A DNA stretch of 64,000 nt from Candidatus Bathyarchaeia archaeon. GTDB lineage: Archaea; Thermoproteota; Bathyarchaeia; Bathyarchaeales; Bathycorpusculaceae. A model generated the notes under the pieces. That model did not search any database. It had not been told where the DNA came from and was given only the letters and a program-made list of their open reading frames with translations. Location: positions 1-64,000 of the forward strand of contig JBEKBM010000013.1 of assembly GCA_050015395.1 (NCBI GenBank), written 5' to 3'. Of this stretch, positions 1-10,315 are shown in pieces; position 1 is the first letter of the stretch, and each line of letters begins with the position of its first letter. The position numbers were made by a program, and so were the translations under genes.

Positions 1-19
1 ATTGAACAGGTGAATATGA

Positions 20-685
20 ATGGAACGCAAAATCAACTTGCTTGGAATCGCGGGTGGCATCGCCGCCCTTATTTTGGCAGCAGTTTCTTTATTCGTGCCC
101 TGGTGGCAACTCAGCATCGCCGACGGATTTGCCAAACTCAACGTTTCTCCTTTAAACACCAACGTCAGCTTACCCGGCTACAGCGCCGTCACGGTGCCAT
201 TGATATGGGCCATAACCATGGCCTGCGCGCTCTCGCTGATCGCAAGCGGCATAATCATGCTAATCTACGCGACATCCCCCCTGAAACCCTACGCCAAGCG
301 CCTCTTAGGATTCGCATACAAAACACCTCTAGTGCTGGTAGTGGTTTTCACAGTTTTGCTGTTCGGCCTAATTTTTGTGGCGCAAAAAGCAGTCGGCATC
401 GACATTCCCCTAATGGGCTCAGGCAACCTCCAAGTACCCCAATCGATAACACAAAACGTGATCATCAGCGTAGCCGTTTCTGCGACTCTCCTATGGACGT
501 ACTGGTTCGCAGTAGTCACCGCCGGACTTTGCGTAGCCGCCAGAATCTTCCACCGAAAAATCGCCCCGCCACTCCAAAAACAAATAAAATTACCTCCACC
601 TTCCGCAACGCAACCATCTCCTCCATCTGCTCAGCCCGCTCAGTCTGCAACGCCACCCGCTCCGGCCGCATTATCCCAGCAATAA
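20..685 (+). CDS. Multi-pass membrane protein with Pro/Ala/Gln-rich C-terminal tail
   Basis: 221-aa ORF with four hydrophobic segments, a PWW motif after TM1 and a low-complexity tail. Confidence 0.8.
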   Translation: MERKINLLGIAGGIAALILAAVSLFVPWWQLSIADGFAKLNVSPLNTNVSLPGYSAVTVPLIWAITMACALSLIASGIIMLIYATSPLKPYAKRLLGFAYKTPLVLVVVFTVLLFGLIFVAQKAVGIDIPLMGSGNLQVPQSITQNVIISVAVSATLLWTYWFAVVTAGLCVAARIFHRKIAPPLQKQIKLPPPSATQPSPPSAQPAQSATPPAPAALSQQ

Positions 686-1070
686 GTTTACGTTCTGCCC
701 CACTTGCGGAGAAAAACTACCCAACTCGAACGCGAAGTTCTGTCCCTTCTGCTGCCGGGGTGATTTGAACCCGTGCCCAAGTGGAGATTTCACCCGCAAA
801 TCCCTTTTTTGTATTCAATATTGCCGGAAAATATGCGTAACTGTGGAATTGCTGTTTTGCAGTTCTTGACAAAGGCTTCTTCTGAGACCACGATTTTTGA
901 ATCCTTATCCATGCAACTGATGTTTCCGTGGGTTTTGTCGTTGGACAATAAGTTGTCAAGTTCAATTTGGGCTCGGATTAAAGACCGATTCTATTCGGAG
1001 CAACCTTGGAAAAAGGGAAAAGTGAACACGCATGCTTGTTTGATTTGGATGTGCATAAACGGGCAGACAC

Positions 1071-2369
1071 CTATGAAACTAATGGTCTTTCCATTAATCC
1101 AACAGTCACCTGTTCATCTTGCTCATCTGGGTGTTGGAGTCGCTCGTATATTTGCAACGTTTGTTCTGCAACTTTTCTCCACTGGAAATATTGTAAAACT
1201 CGTTTTCTTCCGTTTTTGCCCCATTGTTTAGCCCTGTTGTCGTCACACAATACTTCTTTTATTCCCCATGCGATATCGCTTGGGCTCTCTCCATTTACGT
1301 GTACTCCATTTTTGTCAGGGCCATCTGGCATGACTTGCTCTCTGAAGCCGACCACGCCGTGGGCACCTACAACTATTGGCTTTTCCATTGACATCGCTTC
1401 TAAGCTCACTATGCCAAAGGGTTCATATGTTGAAGGAAAGATACACAAGTCGGATGCAGCATAATGTAGGATACGCTCTTTTTCTGGCACAAAATCAAAT
1501 CTGCAAACCACATTTTTTGCTACTCCAAGTCTATGTGCAGTTTCTATGATGTCGTTTTGTTGTTCTCCTTTGCCCAAAATTACTAGTTTTGTTTTTGGAT
1601 ATTCAGCCAAGATCATGGGCATCGCCTGAATGAGGTTCATGACTCCTTTCACCCACGTTAGCCTACCCAAAAAGAGTATCATTTTTTCGTCTGATTTGAT
1701 GCCGTATCTTTCTCGAATAGCTTCTATCTCGTCAGTCTTACAATTCTTTAAATTGTATCGTTCACTGTCTACGCCATTCCAAACGACGCTTATTTTTGAA
1801 CTCGACCAACCGTGCTTCACTAAATCTTCCCTCATAGCATGGCTCACAGTCAAGATTCTGTCTGCCTTTTCAGCTGTTGCCCATTCAAAATGAGAAACAA
1901 CTCCAGAACCTGGTCCTCCGCTTCTTCCCCATTCTGTGCTATGAACATGAAACGCCACTGGGATTTTCGTTTCGTTCTTAACCATAATCCCAGCTATACT
2001 GCTTAGCCAGTCGTGCACGCAAACTACGTCAAAATTGACGTTTTCCTTTTTCAGCATGCTGTTTATGAATTTTGATGCACTCAAAATGTTGTAGGTGAAA
2101 ATGTCATTGAACATGCGGATGTTTGTACCCCATTTCTTTAAATCATCCACTACAAACATTGGAAAAACATTACTTGCATCCGAAATAAGTGGTCTGTGAA
2201 CTTCTACGCCTCTTATAACTTCTCTTGTTTTTAAGTTGCCGGGATTGAGCGTAAAAAGGGTTACATCATGCCCCATAGAAACATATTCACGTGTTATGTT
2301 TTCCGCGTAAGTGCCCAGACCGCCAACAATTGAAGGCGGATACTCCCAAACGAAAAATCCAATCCGCAT
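1071..2369 (-). CDS. GT4 glycosyltransferase (glycogen synthase-like)
   Basis: WEYPP..VGGLG, HVHDW, LGRL..VKG and PS.YEPFGIVSLEAM motifs. Confidence 0.92.
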   Translation of the reverse strand: MRIGFFVWEYPPSIVGGLGTYAENITREYVSMGHDVTLFTLNPGNLKTREVIRGVEVHRPLISDASNVFPMFVVDDLKKWGTNIRMFNDIFTYNILSASKFINSMLKKENVNFDVVCVHDWLSSIAGIMVKNETKIPVAFHVHSTEWGRSGGPGSGVVSHFEWATAEKADRILTVSHAMREDLVKHGWSSSKISVVWNGVDSERYNLKNCKTDEIEAIRERYGIKSDEKMILFLGRLTWVKGVMNLIQAMPMILAEYPKTKLVILGKGEQQNDIIETAHRLGVAKNVVCRFDFVPEKERILHYAASDLCIFPSTYEPFGIVSLEAMSMEKPIVVGAHGVVGFREQVMPDGPDKNGVHVNGESPSDIAWGIKEVLCDDNRAKQWGKNGRKRVLQYFQWRKVAEQTLQIYERLQHPDEQDEQVTVGLMERPLVS

Positions 2370-2594
2370 ATAATTCCAACCATATTTTCCTAAAGCTATT
2401 ACTCCTTTGATAAGAAATTAATAAAACAATTATGACCCCGAAATCATGACTCAAAATAATAATTAAGATGACACTTTCTGTCGCAGTCCTCCTCACCAAG
2501 CTAAGACGAGGATGAACGCACGCAATTCAAGCATAAATATTTGGGGACTAATTGTTACCTAATTTTCGGCTTTCGATTTAATAAATGCTGGATG

Positions 2595-2729
2595 ATGGTT
2601 CTCCAATACAAAGGCGTCGGACGCTGGAAAGACTACCTGTACGGAGAAAGAGCATACATAGTACTGAGCTTCGTAGCAAAAACACTGCTAGTCTGGCTCG
2701 TCTTCGCTGGCTTATTTAAACCATTTTAA
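2595..2729 (+). pseudogene. Heliorhodopsin C-terminal remnant (end of helix F plus helix G)
   Basis: LQYKGVGRWKDYLYGERAYIVLSFVAKTLLVW matches the heliorhodopsin TM7 SxxAK retinal-binding motif; the N-terminal portion is absent. Confidence 0.8.
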
Positions 2730-3225
2730 ACTTGAACACCCCACTTTTTGGGGAAAAACGTTTTTTTTCTTCTAAAGAAGTTATTATGCTCCGTTCCACA
2801 TAACGCCAAACTCTTTTGAGACTTCGGCAAGGGCTTCCAAAATTTCAGTAGCTTCGCTTTAAAGACGGATTTGCTTGCCCAGCGACGAGACTGTATAAAG
2901 ATTCATTTGAAAGACCTGTAGTTTCCGCTAATTCTGCAGTAATTATGCTACTACTGAGAATTGTCAGACAGAGTACAGTCAATTACGAACTATAATTGAG
3001 GCAGAAAAATTTGACAATGCAACAGAAGTAAAGACGGCCCCTCCTTATCAAATGGCGTTTTTTCATGACTGGCTTCTGGGTATGCTTCTATTAACTTACA
3101 AAGTCACACCGAGAAAATGCTACTAGCAATAAGGGCTGTGACGTAATCAGGAAAAACTTGCACGCGGCGTTAAGGTTGAATTTATAAATGTAAGCGTCGC
3201 ATTTTAGAGCATCGGGGAAGAGAGG

Positions 3226-4086
3226 TTGAGGGGTGCACACGAAGTTAGCGGTTTCGTTAAGTTGATGAGGCCGATAAATTGTGTGATGATGAGTTTCGCT
3301 GTTCTAGTGGGTGCAGTTTTGGCGAATCCGAGTTTCTCGAACTTTTCTTGGCTAAACATTTTGTTTGGGGCGTTGACTGGTTTCACTTTGACAGCGGCTG
3401 CCATGGCTGTGAACGACTACTATGACCGCCACATTGACGCGATAAATGAGCCCGCACGTCCGATTCCCAGCGGCGCAGTAACTGTAAAAGGCGCGTTGAT
3501 TTTCGCTGGTGTCCTTTCTGTGGTGGGTTTTATTTTCGCTTTTCTCATAAGTATTGTTTGTCTTGTGGTTGCTGTGATTGCCTGGGCGGCCATGCTAACT
3601 TATACGACGGTGGGAAAGCGAAGTGGACTGCCAGGCAACTTCTTGGTTAGTGCATGTGTGGCTACGCCTTTTCTGTATGGAAGTTTGGCGGCAGTTAATG
3701 CGGTTCGGGTTAACGTGCTACTTTTTGCTTCTATGGCGTTTCTTTCGAACACTGGCAGAGAAATCACTAAAGGCATCGTAGACATTAAAGGGGATAGCGC
3801 CAAGAATGTGAAAACCCTTGCAGTGCATTTCGGCGAGTTCAAGGCTGCTGCGGCGGCAGCGGCGTTTTACGGTTTTGCAATTTGTCTTTCTCCGCTTCCT
3901 CTGGTTTTGGGTTTGGTTTCTTTTTGGTTTATTCCTTTTGTGTTAGTTACTGATTTCGGTTTGGTCGGATGTTCAGTGTTACTGGTCAAGAATCCCTCAC
4001 GTGAGAACGCTCGCCGAATCAAGAAACTTGTTCTAATCCTTTTCATCATGGGTTTGCTCGCTTACATTTTCGGCACGTTTAGGTGA
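3226..4086 (+). CDS. Digeranylgeranylglyceryl phosphate synthase (UbiA family)
   Basis: RPINC, NDYYDRHIDAINEPARPIPSG and REITKGIVDIKGD motifs. Confidence 0.9.
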   Translation: MRGAHEVSGFVKLMRPINCVMMSFAVLVGAVLANPSFSNFSWLNILFGALTGFTLTAAAMAVNDYYDRHIDAINEPARPIPSGAVTVKGALIFAGVLSVVGFIFAFLISIVCLVVAVIAWAAMLTYTTVGKRSGLPGNFLVSACVATPFLYGSLAAVNAVRVNVLLFASMAFLSNTGREITKGIVDIKGDSAKNVKTLAVHFGEFKAAAAAAAFYGFAICLSPLPLVLGLVSFWFIPFVLVTDFGLVGCSVLLVKNPSRENARRIKKLVLILFIMGLLAYIFGTFR

Positions 4087-4092
4087 GCATTC

Positions 4093-4809
4093 ATGCTTGA
4101 CGCTGAAGCTTGGACAAATTTGGCTCTGCTTGGCTCCTGCTACGGGTATATTTTAATTGTGATTTTTGTCACTGGAAAAATCGGGCGTGGTTTATCTCGG
4201 AATTCTTCTCGCAAGTTCCTGCACATAATGATTGGGAATTTGCCTTTTCTTATTCCTTTTTTCTCATACAACACATTTCCGCTGAACTTTCCTTTCTTCG
4301 TTGCAGTGCCATTTGTTTTTGTCACTTTTCTGGTTTCGCCTTACTCACCGGTAAAGAGTCTTAGCAGGAAAATTCCGGAGTTAACTGAGGTGACCAAAGG
4401 AGGTCATCAGTTGGGTTTGGTGTTTTATGCTATCTCTTACACCGTTTTGGCTTGGTTTTTTTCGGCGAAGCCTTACGTTATTGCTGCGGGGATTTTGCCT
4501 ATGGCTTATGGTGATGCGGCAGCTTCTTTGGTTGGTGAAAAGTTTGGAAAGCAGCATTTCAGGATTCTTGCCAAAAAAAGCCTTGAGGGTTCAATTGCAA
4601 TGTTTGCCGTTAGTTTTGTAAGTTTTGAGGTTAGTCTACTATTTTTTTCAGCTTTCTATCCTCTTTCGCTTTTCAGTTCAGTTTTAACTGCTTTGGCGGT
4701 GGCTACCGTGGCCACGGTTGCTGAAGCACTTACACCGCGGGGCTTCGATAACATAACTGTTCCTTTCCTCAGCGCTTTGCTGTTTCTTTTTCTAAAGGGA
4801 TGGGCTTAA
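4093..4809 (+). CDS. Phytol/dolichol kinase-family membrane protein
   Basis: RKFLHI, GDAAASLVG, KKSLEGS and DNITVP motifs. Confidence 0.88.
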   Translation: MLDAEAWTNLALLGSCYGYILIVIFVTGKIGRGLSRNSSRKFLHIMIGNLPFLIPFFSYNTFPLNFPFFVAVPFVFVTFLVSPYSPVKSLSRKIPELTEVTKGGHQLGLVFYAISYTVLAWFFSAKPYVIAAGILPMAYGDAAASLVGEKFGKQHFRILAKKSLEGSIAMFAVSFVSFEVSLLFFSAFYPLSLFSSVLTALAVATVATVAEALTPRGFDNITVPFLSALLFLFLKGWA

Positions 4810-4810
4810 T

Positions 4811-5374
4811 TTGACTTTCATCATAATTGATGGATTAGACGGTTCTGGGAAAAGCACTCAAGCGCAGTTTATTTTGAAGTTTCTGGAAAAAGGAGGAAAA
4901 ACCGTATGTTTGCGTGTTCATCCGGAAAAGGACAACTTCTTCGGAGTTAAAGCGCGCCAGTTTCTGTATTCAAGTGGCAAGAGTGCACATTTTGCCGCTG
5001 CATTATTCTACATGATTGATGTCATACGTTCAATTCTGCTTTATTCGTGGCGAAAGGTCGATTATATAATTTTCGTGAGGTACCTGATGGGTACGGCTTA
5101 TTTGCCTGCGCCTCTACATAAAATCGCTTACCATTTTTTTGCCTTTGTCGTACTCAAGTCGGAAATAATGATTTTTTTAGATGTTAATCCAGAAGAGGCA
5201 GTGTCTCGGATTGCAAAGTCTCGTGGTGAGAGAGAAATGTTTGAGGACTTTAACGCGTTGAGTGAGGTTAGAGCCAAAGCACTTTCGCTAGCTTTTTCGG
5301 GCAAATGGATTATCGTAAATTCAAACAAACCTGCGATAGAAGTAGCAGCGGCCATAAAGAAAATAATTAGTTGA
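4811..5374 (+). CDS. tmk: Thymidylate kinase-like protein
   Basis: IIIDGLDGSGKSTQ P-loop and IFLDVNPEEA. Confidence 0.8.
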   Translation: MTFIIIDGLDGSGKSTQAQFILKFLEKGGKTVCLRVHPEKDNFFGVKARQFLYSSGKSAHFAAALFYMIDVIRSILLYSWRKVDYIIFVRYLMGTAYLPAPLHKIAYHFFAFVVLKSEIMIFLDVNPEEAVSRIAKSRGEREMFEDFNALSEVRAKALSLAFSGKWIIVNSNKPAIEVAAAIKKIIS

Positions 5375-5656
5375 TTACCTAGTGTGCTAGCTTATAGCCA
5401 AAGTAAAAGACTTTTTGCATATTTAGCAAATGCTTGAGAACAAAAGCAGACTAAACACCCCTATTTACAGTCAATATTGTAGACTTTGAACCAGACTATT
5501 ATAATTCAGTTAAAAGCCTACACATTTTAAGTCCAGAAAATCTTCGAAGCAGGCTATGAGTATGTTTGTGAAATGGCAACAAAATCTTTAGAAGACGAAA
5601 ATAGGGTAAAGTCGTCACATAAAGAGGACTCGGAATCACTAGAAAGCATGTTGAAG

Positions 5657-5730
5657 TGGACCGGGGGGGATTTGAACCCCCGACCTCTTGAGTGCAAGTC
5701 AAGCGTTCATACCAGCTGAACTACCGGCCC
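5657..5730 (-). tRNA. tRNA-Ala(TGC)
   Basis: Minus strand GGGCCGG...CCGGTCC-A with G3:U70; anticodon arm CTTGA-CTTGCAC-TCAAG; T loop TTCAAAT. Confidence 0.95.
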
Positions 5731-5866
5731 TAGCTTTCCAATTGATTAACCATTCAATGATATTTAGCTTTTGTTCGTGCAAAAACAGGGCTAACGCAGA
5801 AGAATAATGAAAAATATAAAAAAAATAATGAATAAATTTAGAGATTTAATGGGTTAAGCGGTTAGC

Positions 5867-6013
5867 TTAATATCGTCTTGGCGATCTTGCTGGTCGTTTC
5901 TTAGCCCAGCATTCTCGGCAATAAACTGGTCTGCTTGGGTCTGGTTTGAATGGAACTTCACATTCCTGACCGCATTCAGAGCAAGTTGCTTTGAACATTT
6001 CTTTTCCGGACAC
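5867..6013 (-). CDS. CxxC-x17-CxxC zinc-ribbon protein
   Basis: CSECGQECEVPFKPDPSRPVYCREC; GTG start downstream of AAGGAG. Confidence 0.9.
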   Translation of the reverse strand: MSGKEMFKATCSECGQECEVPFKPDPSRPVYCRECWAKKRPARSPRRY

Positions 6014-6233
6014 TACTTTCAACTCCTTATATCTGTTTATGGTGCAAAAACTGCTTCTTGCACGACGCATCTATGCAACGCATTGAAGCATATAAAATTT
6101 ATCGTTAAGAAAAAACAACAAACGCGCAAAGCTAAACTTTCGCGCTGGCATGGTTTAAAAAAACTGTTAATCGATTGCTTAAAACGTTATATTCTAAAAA
6201 CAAGATAAGACTATTAGCTGGAAGGGTTTTAAG

Positions 6234-6719
6234 TTGGAGTTAAAAACAGTTAAAATTGACCCGCCTAAAGACTGCAACATCATCTTAGGCATGGCTCACT
6301 TCATAAAAACCGCTGAAGACCTCTATGAAGCCATGGTTAACTCTGTCCCAAACATTAAATTTGGCATAGGTTTCTGCGAGAGTTCAGGACCTTGCTTAGT
6401 TAGGCATGAGGGAAACGACGAGGAATTGCGCCGACTGGCAGCCGAGAAAGCCTTTGAAATTGCTTGCGGGCATAGTTTTCTCATTTATATAAAAAATGCT
6501 TATCCATTAAACGTTCTTGATAAAATCAAGAGGGTACCTGAAGTGTGCACTGTTTACGCTGCCACCGCTAACCCGCTAGAAGTAATAATTGCTGAAACCG
6601 TTCAGGGAAGAGGCATTATTGGCGTTGTTGACGGCTTAAAAAGCAAAGGCATAGAAACCGACGCTGACATTAAGGAGCGGCGTGAGTTCTTGCGGAAAAT
6701 AGGCTACAAACTAGGCTAA
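6234..6719 (+). CDS. Adenosine-specific kinase (DUF355 family)
   Basis: AHFIKT.EDLYE, FCESSGPCLVR and YAATANP motifs. Confidence 0.9.
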   Translation: MELKTVKIDPPKDCNIILGMAHFIKTAEDLYEAMVNSVPNIKFGIGFCESSGPCLVRHEGNDEELRRLAAEKAFEIACGHSFLIYIKNAYPLNVLDKIKRVPEVCTVYAATANPLEVIIAETVQGRGIIGVVDGLKSKGIETDADIKERREFLRKIGYKLG

Positions 6720-6725
6720 CAGCAA

Positions 6726-7703
6726 TTATTCTTCTGAAGCTATTATGCTCTTCAACAGGGAGTCGTCGATGTTTCCGCCAGTTACAACTATAGCCACGGT
6801 TTGCTTAGTGAATGAGTCACTGTTTTCCAGCAGCATTGCAACGCCTGCCACGCCGGAACCTTCAACCACTTGCTTTTCATTTTTCCAAAGCAGATAAACC
6901 GCATGCCTAATCGACTCTTCTCTAACCAGCATCACCTCATCAACGTATTGCTGTGCTATCGTGAATGTGATGGAGCCTTTCTCGATGCCTCCAGATAAGC
7001 CTTCAGCAATGGTGTTGGGTTCATGTCTGTGTGGAGGAACGATTTTGCCAGCTTTCAAAGACTCGTACATGATGGGTACAGCTTTGGATTGTACGCCGAT
7101 AACTTGCACGTTGGGTCTTAGGCTTTTAATGGCTATGCTTATGCCTGCAATCAAGCCTCCTCCGCCAACCGGCACAACGACGACGTCAACGTTTGGAAGT
7201 TCTTTGAGGATTTCTAAGCCTATGGTTCCGTGTCCAGCTACGATTAACTCGTCATTGTAAGGGGAAATGTAGAGGCGCCCTTCTTGTGTTGCAATTTCTT
7301 TAGCTTTCCTTTCAGCCTCAGAGTAAGTCTCACCGAACAACAAGAGGTCGGCACCGTACTGTTTTATGCCATCCACTTTAATTTTCGGCGTATTAGTAGG
7401 CACCACTATTTGCGCTGAGAAACCCAGCTTTTGCGCACCATAAGCTACTGCTTGACCGTGATTGCCAGCCGAAGCCGTTACCACTCCTCTGGCTTTTTCT
7501 TCGGCGGATAGGCTTAGGAGTTTGTTGATTACTCCGCGAATTTTGAAGGAGTGAGTTACCTGCTGGTTTTCAAGCTTCAAAAAGACCTCGCCACTGCATA
7601 GCTCGCTTAGAAACTTTGAACGCGTCAGCAGAGTTGGAACAGCGTATGGTTTTATGGTTTTTTGTGCTTGACGCACATCTCGAAGTGTGACCATCTTGTT
7701 CAT
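6726..7703 (-). CDS. ilvA: Threonine/serine ammonia-lyase (catabolic type, no ACT domain)
   Basis: SFKIRG PLP lysine, ASAGNHGQ, VPVGGGGL and TGGN. Confidence 0.9.
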   Translation of the reverse strand: MNKMVTLRDVRQAQKTIKPYAVPTLLTRSKFLSELCSGEVFLKLENQQVTHSFKIRGVINKLLSLSAEEKARGVVTASAGNHGQAVAYGAQKLGFSAQIVVPTNTPKIKVDGIKQYGADLLLFGETYSEAERKAKEIATQEGRLYISPYNDELIVAGHGTIGLEILKELPNVDVVVVPVGGGGLIAGISIAIKSLRPNVQVIGVQSKAVPIMYESLKAGKIVPPHRHEPNTIAEGLSGGIEKGSITFTIAQQYVDEVMLVREESIRHAVYLLWKNEKQVVEGSGVAGVAMLLENSDSFTKQTVAIVVTGGNIDDSLLKSIIASEE

Positions 7704-7804
7704 CGCCTAAGAAACCGTTAACTTACCTGTTAAGTTAAGTACCATAAACTATTTTAGCTTACTTAGGAATCAAACCTTAACAGCATTTCAGAACTGGTGT
7801 TTTT

Positions 7805-8650
7805 ATGAGTTTAGAGAGAAATATGGCTCAAATTGAGGATTACAGGCAGCAACAATCAGAGGAGCAGCAGAAACTGAAAGATAGAATGGGCAAAATTAAA
7901 CATAAAATCGCCGTTATAAGCGGTAAAGGCGGAGTTGGAAAAAGCACCATAACCGTTAACCTTGCCGCCGCATTTGCACAAAAGGGAAACAAAGTTGGCA
8001 TTTTAGACGCGGATATTCATGGACCAAGCGTTCCAAGACTTCTTGGCTTAGAAGGGCAACAGGTTAAAACTGGTCCGCCGGGCGTCTTTCCTGTTGATGG
8101 GCAATTGGGAATGAAGGTTATGTCGATTGATTTCTTTTTGCCTGAGGAGGCGCCGACTATTTGGCGTGGACCATTAAAAATGCGGGCGATAAGGCAGTTT
8201 TTAACAGATATTGTTTGGGGAGAGCTTGATTTTCTCTTTATTGATTTGCCGCCTGGAACTGGTGATGAACCACTCAGTATTGCTCAGCTTTTGCCTGACC
8301 TGGACGGCATGGTAATTGTTACAATGCCTTCCCAGTTGTCGAGTTCAGTTGTTAAGAAAGCAATTACTTTCGCTGAAAGATTAAACATGCCTATAATCGG
8401 CGTTGTGGAGAACATGAGCGGTTTTGTTTGTCCACATTGCGGAGAAAAAACTGAAATTTTCCAATCTGGCGGCGGAAAAAAGATGGCGGAAGAAGCTGGG
8501 GTTCCCTTTCTTGGAAGCATTCCCATTGACCCTAAGGTAAGTGTGGATTCCGATAAGGGGCATCCTTTTGTTGTTGCGGATAAGGATTCTGCTGCGGCTA
8601 AGGCCTTCATGGAAATTGTCAAGAAAGTTGAGGCTTACCTAAAAAAATAA
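7805..8650 (+). CDS. Mrp/NBP35 (ApbC) Fe-S cluster carrier ATPase
   Basis: SGKGGVGKST, DLPPGTGDE and ENMSGFVCPHC. Confidence 0.95.
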   Translation: MSLERNMAQIEDYRQQQSEEQQKLKDRMGKIKHKIAVISGKGGVGKSTITVNLAAAFAQKGNKVGILDADIHGPSVPRLLGLEGQQVKTGPPGVFPVDGQLGMKVMSIDFFLPEEAPTIWRGPLKMRAIRQFLTDIVWGELDFLFIDLPPGTGDEPLSIAQLLPDLDGMVIVTMPSQLSSSVVKKAITFAERLNMPIIGVVENMSGFVCPHCGEKTEIFQSGGGKKMAEEAGVPFLGSIPIDPKVSVDSDKGHPFVVADKDSAAAKAFMEIVKKVEAYLKK

Positions 8651-8722
8651 CCGCAAAACATTTTGATATTGTAAAAAGTTTGGAGAGCTTAAAACTCCCA
8701 GGTTAATTGTTGTCCGTCACAG

Positions 8723-9013
8723 CTACACTTTTGTAAGAGTAATTTCTATCGTTGAAACCATCCGTGACCTGTTTTCGCCTTCTCTTGGTGGCATCTCTGC
8801 TGTTCCGATTGCGATTTTTGTCACTTTGAGGTCTTTTAGGAAGCGGCTTCTTGTGATTTCTGCAACGTCAACAGCTGTAGTTATTGCTTGCCCTCTTGCT
8901 TTTAGGGTTATTTCTTTTTCTACCCCTGAAGAGAACGCCGTTATGATAGCCAGAACATAGCTCATTGGTGGTTTGTTTCCAACGAAGATTACATCATTTC
9001 GTTTTTCTGCCAT
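8723..9013 (-). CDS. albA: DNA/RNA-binding protein Alba
   Basis: VGNKPPMSYV, LKARGQAITTAVDVAE and VSTIEI; SD AAGGAGTGA. Confidence 0.95.
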   Translation of the reverse strand: MAEKRNDVIFVGNKPPMSYVLAIITAFSSGVEKEITLKARGQAITTAVDVAEITRSRFLKDLKVTKIAIGTAEMPPREGENRSRMVSTIEITLTKV

Positions 9014-9269
9014 ATATATCACTCCTTTTTATTGTTCAATGCGGTAGTAACGTTCTTTTTGTCTTTGGTAGACTGGGAACGTTACTGCATTACTACGTAA
9101 AGCTTCCTTATAAACTCAGTTCAGCAACCTGATATATGCACTAGCGCTAACTCAAAACGATAACGCACATACATCTTTGATGACAAAGCTTATCAATGCA
9201 TTATCCAGCAAATCCTTAAGTTTAAAACATAACATTCACGAAAAAGCGCTATAGTTTTATACCTCAACC

Positions 9270-10070
9270 TTGAAGGAAGAGTACAAGCCGGAGCCTTATT
9301 TCATGTCAGTGTCGCCTAGCCTCAGAGAAGTTTTAGCAAGAAGGATTGCTGGAGAAATAATTCTTTCAGGTAAACCAGGCGCTACCATGCGGAAGTGGCG
9401 TGAGTTATTCGCTGTTTCTCAATTGACCCTTTCCGAGACGATGGGATTGTCATCTTCAGTGATAAGTGATTATGAGAGCGGACGACGAAAAAGCCCGGGC
9501 GCCAAATTCATCCGAAGGTTCGTGCTCTCACTCTTACTAATTGACGAGGGAAAAGGCAGTCGCTTCATCAGAGAATTCGCTAAGCTAACCAGTTCGCCAA
9601 GCATGGCCGTTGTGGATTTGCGTGAGTTTCCCATTCCGGTGCGGGTTGAGTACTTGTGCAGGGCTATTGGCGGCGAAGTGGTAGCTTGCAAGGACAAGTA
9701 CGTTAAAGAAGTTAACGGATACACGGTCATTGACAGCACTAAAGCGGTTGAAACGTATTCTGGCTCGGAGTACGCGCAGCTGTTTGGGGCAACGACTGAC
9801 CGGGCGCTAGTTTTCACAAACGTGGAAGCAGGATGCTTGCCCATGATGATTGTGCGAGTCAGCAGCCTAAAACCGCGGATTGTAGTTTTTCACAAAACCC
9901 AACCTGACGCCGAAGCCATACGCATAGCCGAGTACGAGCAGATACCGCTCATTTACTCAACAGCACCCAGCGTCGAGCAGCTGGTGAAGTCTCTGCGTAA
10001 ACTGTACCGGATAGCATTGCGCATAAAGCTTGGCAGGCACGTGCGTCCACCACCAAAAATAAGCGCATAA
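9270..10070 (+). CDS. Conserved archaeal HTH transcriptional regulator (COG1709-like)
   Basis: RIAGEIILS, SVISDYESGRRKSPG and RALVFTNV. Confidence 0.88.
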   Translation: MKEEYKPEPYFMSVSPSLREVLARRIAGEIILSGKPGATMRKWRELFAVSQLTLSETMGLSSSVISDYESGRRKSPGAKFIRRFVLSLLLIDEGKGSRFIREFAKLTSSPSMAVVDLREFPIPVRVEYLCRAIGGEVVACKDKYVKEVNGYTVIDSTKAVETYSGSEYAQLFGATTDRALVFTNVEAGCLPMMIVRVSSLKPRIVVFHKTQPDAEAIRIAEYEQIPLIYSTAPSVEQLVKSLRKLYRIALRIKLGRHVRPPPKISA

Positions 10071-10087
10071 AAACCGAAATAGCCTTT

Positions 10088-10315
10088 TTATGGTCGTGCT
10101 TCAGATAATAGTTCTCTTGCCGTTTTTCCTTTAGCCGCCCATTTCAATGAGCCAAATTCGTCTTTTGGGGAAGGGAGAGGTTTTATGATAATGCCTGTTT
10201 TGTTCTCTTCTATCAACACCTTACCTTTGATTGCGTACTTTTCTCTAAGTCTCTTAGGTATCGTCACCTGACCCTTTTTTGTAACGTTGATAACTTCAAC
10301 CAAATGAGTCACCAA
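10088..10315 (-). CDS. Orphan AbrB/MazE-family antitoxin
   Basis: VTKKGQVTIPKRLREKY; no toxin gene downstream. Confidence 0.8.
   Translation of the reverse strand: MVTHLVEVINVTKKGQVTIPKRLREKYAIKGKVLIEENKTGIIIKPLPSPKDEFGSLKWAAKGKTARELLSEARP

Noticed and set aside
750-778. tRNA-like 3' fragment on the minus strand (ACGGGTTCAAATCACCCCGGCA)
   Set aside because: The T stem does not pair and there is no D or anticodon arm; it lies within a probable decayed ORF
700-1010. Possible frameshifted pseudogene between convergent genes
   Set aside because: No recognisable family; frames are ambiguous
2760-3130. Short protein-like reading fragments on both strands
   Set aside because: Interrupted by stops and unidentifiable; probably decayed DNA
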